Shown here: positions 58,271 to 64,000 of the stretch, piece by piece
Layout of the letters: each line of letters begins with the position of its first letter
Numbering within the stretch: the stretch's first letter is position 1
Assembly (NCBI GenBank): GCA_965216635.1
Contig: OZ244188.1
Location: 1,632,001-1,696,000, forward strand
Source of the DNA: a bacterium
GTDB taxonomy: Bacteria; SAR324; XYD2-FULL-50-16; G965216635
Length of the DNA: 64,000 nt
Direction: 5' to 3'
Made by a program: the position numbers and the translations under genes
The notes under the pieces: model-generated
What the model saw: the letters and a program-made list of their open reading frames with translations, nothing else
What the model was told of the DNA's origin: nothing
Database searches by the model: none

Positions 58271-59467
58271 TTGCTTTTACTTTTTACAGGAGCAGGGTTG
58301 GGTAGCCTAAAAGCCCAAGAAGGCAAACAAGCAGGTAAACAAGCAGGAAAACAAGCAACACAGAAAAAACAAGGTTGGTTTGTCTCAGTTAGTCCTTATT
58401 TTTTGGGTGCTAAAATCAAAACCACTACAAAAAACACCACTCTTACAGAAGTAGTAACAGAATACGTCCAAACATTAGCTACAGAAATAACATTCAGTGC
58501 AAGTACCACCGATGATTTAGATGCAACAAAGTCGGGCGCAGAGGGTTTTCAACATAATAAACCTCTCAGTTACAGTCTTAATTATGATAAAAGAGCAATA
58601 AGTGCTGTAGAGGATGTTTGTGAAGATGGTATCTACAGTGGTGTTGGAAACTATGTGGCTCGGCAGTTTGCTACAGCAACTTCTGATACGGGAGCCTCTA
58701 CACGCAATACAGATAGATATGCCTGTTACGACTATTTCCGAGGGCTTGCAAACTCTTTCAGTGACCCTATCTTGATGGGAGTAACTATAGATTCTACTTC
58801 TCTATCGCATTCCGTCAGCAACGAAAATACCAATTTAACAGGCAACGGATTGCAACTCGGTTATAACTTTGAGAAATTCCGCGTCTCTTTGAATCTACAC
58901 CAATGGAGTGCTGGAGATAGTAAGCTAGATAGTCAAATAATACTGGTAGATTACTTCCTACCCTACGGATTTTATGCAGGAGCTGGCTTAGCACAAACCA
59001 AGCTGGAATTCGCACAAGGCTCGGCTTCAGAAATAGCCCCCGCGGTCCATTTTGGCTATAGCCATAGTTTTAGTGGTAGCTTTTCTGTAGAAGCGGGACT
59101 GCTCTGGTTGGGGACAAACCTATCAATAGAGCAGACAGCTGTAGCACCAGTGCCAACAATAAAATCCATAGCACTGCCGCAAGCACCAAACCATATTCCT
59201 ATTACCTCATCTGTATTGGTCGGAGGTGAAATATTGAATCCAAATAATAGCCTTTCTAGGCTCGGGTTTTTAGATAATAGCGATACTTCCATTACGGATT
59301 ATTCTAATTACGATAGAAGAATACTAGTAGAGGGAACAGTAAATGCAACCTATGGTGAAGTGCAAAAAGAAAGCAAAACCTACAACAGAACTGTGCCTAC
59401 AAAAACAACTGTAGAAGTAGAAAATCCTACTGCTCTTTTTATTCGCTTTGTTTTACGCTTTTACTAA
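58271..59467 (+). CDS. Outer-membrane beta-barrel family paralog (true start may lie upstream; frame is open from ~58205)
   Basis: SLKAQ...KQGWF, CE...CYDYF, GNGLQLGYNFEKFRVSL, DYF..YGFYAGAGLA, C-terminal FVLRFY. Confidence 0.75.
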   Translation: MLLLFTGAGLGSLKAQEGKQAGKQAGKQATQKKQGWFVSVSPYFLGAKIKTTTKNTTLTEVVTEYVQTLATEITFSASTTDDLDATKSGAEGFQHNKPLSYSLNYDKRAISAVEDVCEDGIYSGVGNYVARQFATATSDTGASTRNTDRYACYDYFRGLANSFSDPILMGVTIDSTSLSHSVSNENTNLTGNGLQLGYNFEKFRVSLNLHQWSAGDSKLDSQIILVDYFLPYGFYAGAGLAQTKLEFAQGSASEIAPAVHFGYSHSFSGSFSVEAGLLWLGTNLSIEQTAVAPVPTIKSIALPQAPNHIPITSSVLVGGEILNPNNSLSRLGFLDNSDTSITDYSNYDRRILVEGTVNATYGEVQKESKTYNRTVPTKTTVEVENPTALFIRFVLRFY

Positions 59468-59470
59468 AAT

Positions 59471-59558
59471 AGAGCTTTGAATTTGGCAAATTCAAAGCTC
59501 TATAAGCTTGTTTTGGCTAAACAGCTAGTTTTGTCCTATTTGGCAAATTCAAAAGTCT
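59471..59558. mobile_element. 31-bp TIR-only MITE palindrome plus a MITE end
   Basis: AGAGCTTTGAATTTGGCAAATTCAAAGCTCT, then ...TTTGGCAAATTCAAAAGTCT. Confidence 0.75.
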
Positions 59559-59774
59559 ATAAAAGTAGAAAACCTGTAGCAATGCTCGCCTTCAAAAAAC
59601 ATCAAAAATTTTTCTGTTTTTTTGATTGAGAAAAAAATTTGACTTTTTTTCGTAAAAGAGCTAGTTACGTTCCTATATGCGACTAATAATGGTCTCATAA
59701 ATTTAACGATGCCTTTTGATATAGTTTAGAGATTTTAAAATTTTATTCACTAGGTTTCATAAAAAAATAATACA

Positions 59775-60983
59775 ATGAAAAAAAAACACTTATTTTTTGG
59801 GATTCTATCTTGTGTGGTTGTATTTTTCCTTGCAATGTCTATCGCTTCTGCAAGTGATTGGGATGATATTGTGAAAAAAAGTAAAGGACAGACTGTTTAT
59901 TGGAACGCTTGGGGCGGCGGAGCTACTTGGAATGCCTATATTGCTTGGGTAGGCAAAAGAGTCAAAGAAGAATACGACATAACACTCAAGCATGTGAAAC
60001 TTAAAGATACCGCAGATGCAGTCTCCAGAGTTTTAGCAGAAAAATCAGCTGGTAAAAACCAAAAAGGATCTGTTGATATGATTTGGATCAACGGTGAGAA
60101 TTTCACAACTATGAAGAAAAACGGCTTGCTGTACGGTCCCTTTTCAGAATCCTTACCCAATTACGCCAAAGTAGACTATAAAAACAAAGCCTCCATCGTA
60201 ACCGATTTTGGTGTGCTTGTAGATGGGTATGAATCTCCTTGGGGATTTTCTCAATTTGTTTTTTATTACGATAGTGCAGTCGTCAAACGACCTCCTAAAA
60301 CTATAAAGGCATTCTTAAAATATGCAAAGAAAAACAAAGGCAAAATCACTTTTCCAGCACCTCCTGATTTTATTGGCACAACCTTTTTGAAACATGTGCT
60401 GTATGAAACTATTGCTGATAAATCTCTGTTATCAAAGCCTGTTAGCGAAGCAGATTTTAAGAAACATACAAAAAAAATGTGGAAGTGGTTAGAAGACATC
60501 AAACCATACCTTTGGAGAGGAAGCAGAGCTTTCCCTAAAAATGATAGAGAATTGAGACAACTTCTTAATGATGGAGAAATTGATGTAGGTTTTTCTTTTG
60601 CTATAGGTTTTGCGGCTTCGCAAATTCTCAATGGTGATCTGCCAGAAACAGTGCGAACTTTTGTATTGAAAAACGGGACGATTAGTAACACTCACTTTGT
60701 GGCTATACCTTATAATTCTTCCAGTAAAGAAGCATCTCAGGTAGTAGCTAATTTTCTGATTTCTGTAGAAGCACAAGCAAGAAAATTGGATCCTAACCAC
60801 ATAGGAGACTACACTGTTTTAAATCCAAGAAAATTGAGTAGTGCGGAAAACAAGCTATTGAATGCTGTAGACATAGGAGAAGCGACTTTAAAACCAAACC
60901 AGTTAGGAAAGGCTTTATTGGAACCTCATACCAGTTGGGTCAAACCTTTGGAAACAGAATGGAAAGCAAGGTTCTTGCAATAG
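59775..60983 (+). CDS. ABC transporter substrate-binding protein (YnjB-like)
   Basis: GQTVYWNAWGG, WINGENF, ESPWG, PPDFIGTTFLK, NTHFVAIP. Confidence 0.88.
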   Translation: MKKKHLFFGILSCVVVFFLAMSIASASDWDDIVKKSKGQTVYWNAWGGGATWNAYIAWVGKRVKEEYDITLKHVKLKDTADAVSRVLAEKSAGKNQKGSVDMIWINGENFTTMKKNGLLYGPFSESLPNYAKVDYKNKASIVTDFGVLVDGYESPWGFSQFVFYYDSAVVKRPPKTIKAFLKYAKKNKGKITFPAPPDFIGTTFLKHVLYETIADKSLLSKPVSEADFKKHTKKMWKWLEDIKPYLWRGSRAFPKNDRELRQLLNDGEIDVGFSFAIGFAASQILNGDLPETVRTFVLKNGTISNTHFVAIPYNSSSKEASQVVANFLISVEAQARKLDPNHIGDYTVLNPRKLSSAENKLLNAVDIGEATLKPNQLGKALLEPHTSWVKPLETEWKARFLQ

Positions 60984-61023
60984 AAAATTCTTACGATAGA
61001 CAAGAAGTTGGATTCACACTTTA

Positions 61024-61056
61024 AGACCTTTGAATAAATGTTACCCTCAAAGGTCT
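61024..61056. mobile_element. 33-bp TIR-only MITE remnant containing the permease start codon
   Basis: AGACCTTTGA ... TCAAAGGTCT with ATG 61038 inside. Confidence 0.6.
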
Positions 61057-62777
61057 CTAGTGTTTTTTTAAGAGCTGCTCCATACATCTGTTTAACTCTA
61101 CTTTTTATCCCCATTATAGCAGGAATAGTAGGTAGTCTGCTCCCTGCATTAGGTTATTTTCCCGCATTAGGCTCCACTGATTTTAGTTTTCAGTATTTTA
61201 TAAAATTTTTAGAATCTCCCGCAATCCGAGCCTCCATTTTTCTAAGTATTTGGATTGGCATTACTGCTACTATTCTTTCTTTTTTTATCGCTTTTTTTAT
61301 CCTAGTAGCCTTTTTTGAAAACCGTGGCTTAAAAGCTGTCCGTAGTAGTTGCATTCCTTTAATTGCCTTACCCCACTCAGCTTTATGTATAGCTTTGGTT
61401 TTTCTGCTTGTACCTAGTGGATTTTTAGCAAGAGTTTTTTCTCCCTGGTTGACTGGCTGGAAAAGACCACTAGATTTCCTTATCGCCCAAGATCCATGGG
61501 GCATTTCTATGATTTTTTCCCTTATTTGCAAAGAAACTCCTTTTTTAGTCTTGATCATGCTAGCTGCTTTAAGTCAAATAAAAGTTCACAAAATTTTAAC
61601 CGCCTTTCGTTCTATGGGTTATTATAAACTCACTATCTGGCTCAAATGTATCCTCCCTCAAATTTACCGCTCTATTCGTCTTCCTCTATACGCCATCTTG
61701 GTTTTTTCTGTTTCAGTTGTAGATGTAGCCTTGATCATAGGTCCCCAAATTCCTCCACCTTTAGCAGTTAGAATTGTAGAATGGTTCAATCATCCAGCTG
61801 ATTTAAACTACAAACTATCTGCTAGTGCAGCGTCTTTATTTTTACTTTTCCTTTGTATTTTACTAATTTTGTTGTGGGAACTCGCCATCAAAGGAATTTC
61901 TTTTTTTACTAGGCGATTTTTAAGCAATGGAAATAGAGGCAAAAAGTGGAAAATTTCTTTTACCTGTTTTAGAAGTTTTATTAGAGTCTTAAATTTATCT
62001 ATTTTGGTTGGATTTTTTGGTTTGTTTTTGTGGAGTTTTGCTCGTGTTTGGCGATTTCCTAGTATTTTTCCTACACAGTGGACAACCCGAAACTGGTTGA
62101 GAGGTGCAGATTTATTGCTGGAACTTTTTTATAATAGTTTATTTATCGGAGCCACAGTTTCTTTTATATCTATTGTTTTGGTTATTTTGTGTTTGGAAAG
62201 AGAGTTGCTTGGTTTTAAAAAAAACCGTCCTAAAAAATTCAGTTCACGGGGTCTTTTTTTAATTTATATTCCTCTTTTAATCCCCCAGTTGAGCACAATG
62301 TTTGGTTTTCAAATTTTTCTTGCTAAATTGAATTGGGAAGGAAATTTATGGATTGTGCTTTGGTCTCATTTGATTTTTGTATTACCCTACTGCTTTTTAG
62401 CTTTAGCAGATACTTATAGAAGTTTTGAAAATAGATACAAATTTGTAGCTCTAGGTTTAGGAGTCAGCCCTTTAAAATTTTTTTGGAAAGTGAAATTTAT
62501 ACTACTACTAGAACCTATTTTGTTAGTTTTTGCGATTGGATTTTCTGTGAGTATCGCCTTGTATATCCCTACTCTTTTTGCAGGAGCTGGTAGAATCAAC
62601 ACCATCACCACCGAAGCAGTTAGCCTTTCTTCTGGAGCAAACAGGAAAACAATCGGAGTTTATGCTATCTTGCAAATGTTACTGCCTTATTTAGTATTAT
62701 CTTCTGTCTTCTTTTTTAAAAATCTTCCTTTTTATTGGAAAAGATTTTATTATTTTTTGAGACCCCTTAAATTATGA
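61038..62777 (+). CDS. ABC transporter permease (YnjC-like)
   Basis: LPALGYFPALG, PHSA, PSG, KETPFL, YIPTLFAGAGR..TITTEAV. Confidence 0.88.
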   Translation: MLPSKVSSVFLRAAPYICLTLLFIPIIAGIVGSLLPALGYFPALGSTDFSFQYFIKFLESPAIRASIFLSIWIGITATILSFFIAFFILVAFFENRGLKAVRSSCIPLIALPHSALCIALVFLLVPSGFLARVFSPWLTGWKRPLDFLIAQDPWGISMIFSLICKETPFLVLIMLAALSQIKVHKILTAFRSMGYYKLTIWLKCILPQIYRSIRLPLYAILVFSVSVVDVALIIGPQIPPPLAVRIVEWFNHPADLNYKLSASAASLFLLFLCILLILLWELAIKGISFFTRRFLSNGNRGKKWKISFTCFRSFIRVLNLSILVGFFGLFLWSFARVWRFPSIFPTQWTTRNWLRGADLLLELFYNSLFIGATVSFISIVLVILCLERELLGFKKNRPKKFSSRGLFLIYIPLLIPQLSTMFGFQIFLAKLNWEGNLWIVLWSHLIFVLPYCFLALADTYRSFENRYKFVALGLGVSPLKFFWKVKFILLLEPILLVFAIGFSVSIALYIPTLFAGAGRINTITTEAVSLSSGANRKTIGVYAILQMLLPYLVLSSVFFFKNLPFYWKRFYYFLRPLKL

Positions 62778-63415
62778 GTTTAATAGTTAAGTCCATCAAT
62801 ATTCGGTTTTTGAAAACCCAAGAAATTCTTATTAAAAATTTGACCTTTGAAGCGAAAAAAGGAAAGACCATAACCTTGATGGGAGCTAGCGGCTGTGGTA
62901 AATCTACTTTTTTGTCTTATATTTGCGGTAGTCTCTCTTCTAATTTTCAAGCAACTGGAAAAGTTTTTTTAAATTCTCGTTCTTTAAACGAACTAGAACC
63001 AGAAAAAAGAAAACTAGGAATTTTATACCAAGATCCTTTACTTTTTCCGCACCTAAATATTTTTGAAAACCTTGCTTTTGGAATTCCATCGGAGTATAAA
63101 TTTAAAGAAAAAAAAGAAAAAGTTTTAAAAGTTTTAGAAAAATTGGGCTTGTGTGGGTTTGAAAGAAGATTTCCAAACACACTCTCTGGAGGACAACAGG
63201 CTAGAATTGCGTTAATGCGAACCTTACTTTCGGAACCCAAAGCTCTTTTATTAGACGAACCTTTTTCTAAACTAGACGCTTCTTTAAAAGATAAAATAAG
63301 AAAACTTGTGTTTGCCTACGTCAAAGAAAATGAGTTACCCTCAGTTTTGGTAACCCACGACATCAAAGACTCCGAAGCTAGCGAAGGTGAAATAATAAAT
63401 TTAGAAGGGTTTTAG
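62774..63415 (+). CDS. ABC transporter ATPase (YnjD-like)
   Basis: GASGCGKST, LSGGQQARIALMR, LLLDEPFSKLD. Confidence 0.9.
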   Translation: MSLIVKSINIRFLKTQEILIKNLTFEAKKGKTITLMGASGCGKSTFLSYICGSLSSNFQATGKVFLNSRSLNELEPEKRKLGILYQDPLLFPHLNIFENLAFGIPSEYKFKEKKEKVLKVLEKLGLCGFERRFPNTLSGGQQARIALMRTLLSEPKALLLDEPFSKLDASLKDKIRKLVFAYVKENELPSVLVTHDIKDSEASEGEIINLEGF

Positions 63416-63432
63416 AATTTTTTAACTATAAT

Positions 63433-63648
63433 AGACCTTTGAATTTGCCAAATAGGACAAAACCAGCTGTTTTGGCTAGATTTTGGTAAAGTCTATCTAG
63501 CAAAGGAAAAGTTCTCATTATGTTTTGTTTGACATCAATGCTATATTTGGCTAGACTTTGGTAAAGTCTAGCTAAACTAGACACAACCTAGACAAACTAG
63601 GAAAATGTTTTTTATAAACCTTTGAATTTCTTAGAAATTCAAAAGGCT
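63433..63648. mobile_element. Cluster of MITE remnants
   Basis: AGACCTTTGAATTTGCCAAATAGGACAAAAC at 63433; CTAGACTTTGGTAAAGTCTAG palindrome; AAACCTTTGAATTTC-TTA-GAAATTCAAAAGGCT at 63616-63648. Confidence 0.7.
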
Positions 63649-63672
63649 ATTTTAATTTAAACTAAAAAAATC

Positions 63673-64000
63673 ATGAAAATAATGAAAAAAAAGACGCTAA
63701 AAATAGCGTCAAATGCTTCCAATAGAGGATTCCATGGTAGCTTCCAGTGGGATTTCCGATGGAATAGGGTTCTATTGCTAGGTGTGATTTTGTTGAGTTT
63801 TCAGTTTGTAGGAAATCTACAGGCGCAGGACAGCCAAACAAGTAAAATTGGCAAAGGTGGTTGGTTTATTGGGCTGACTCCCTATGCACTAGGTCTTTCG
63901 GAGTCAAAGACTTCTGCTCGTATAAGTGCTACTCCTACAGGCGCCATAGTAGATAGTAGTGGTGCTGGATTTAGCTTTACTGCTGTAGCTCCTAGTGATG
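63673..64000 (+). CDS. OMP-family paralog, 5' part (runs off the window)
   Basis: Manual translation: MKIMKKK...VLLLGVILLSFQFVGNLQAQ...GGWFIGLTPYALG, matching the NLQAQ/GWF pattern of the other paralogs. Confidence 0.65.
   Translation, partial: MKIMKKKTLKIASNASNRGFHGSFQWDFRWNRVLLLGVILLSFQFVGNLQAQDSQTSKIGKGGWFIGLTPYALGLSESKTSARISATPTGAIVDSSGAGFSFTAVAPSD

Noticed and set aside
59620..59775. Riboswitch upstream of the ynjBCD-like transporter
   Set aside because: No recognisable TPP or other aptamer motif by eye; an Rfam/Infernal scan would be needed
1..64000. Diversity-generating retroelement behind OMP or array variation
   Set aside because: No reverse transcriptase and no TR/VR pair with adenine-specific differences seen

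Overview
AT-rich chromosomal window from a Gram-negative bacterium (lgt, lipoproteins, beta-barrel OMPs, PilC/GspF); I cannot assign the taxon from sequence alone. Housekeeping genes (map, hom, tsaD, metG, lgt, rsmH, proS, aapJQMP, nadD, tsaE, glpX-like, aroB, coaD, guaA, msrP, ynjBCD-like) are interleaved with accessory DNA. (1) A defence-like island at ~4.3-21 kb carries a SLOG-kinase-methyltransferase fusion / epimerase / double glycosyltransferase operon, an REase-STAND NTPase coupled to an MmeI-like R-M enzyme, an orphan DNA MTase and two frameshifted antitoxin-like genes. (2) A Type IIG R-M gene is inserted into the 5' end of proS between 23-bp direct repeats. (3) A modular palindromic MITE family (TIR AGACCTTTGAATT, 7-bp target duplications) has more than 15 full or partial copies. 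(4) A six-gene tandem array of membrane-anchored coiled-coil proteins has stalks differing by exact heptad/hendecad units, each copy preceded by a MITE-derived hybrid promoter. (5) A dispersed family of beta-barrel OMPs has Cys-bracketed hypervariable loops. No rRNA, tRNA, CRISPR array or transposase was recognised. All family calls come from motif recognition, not database searches.
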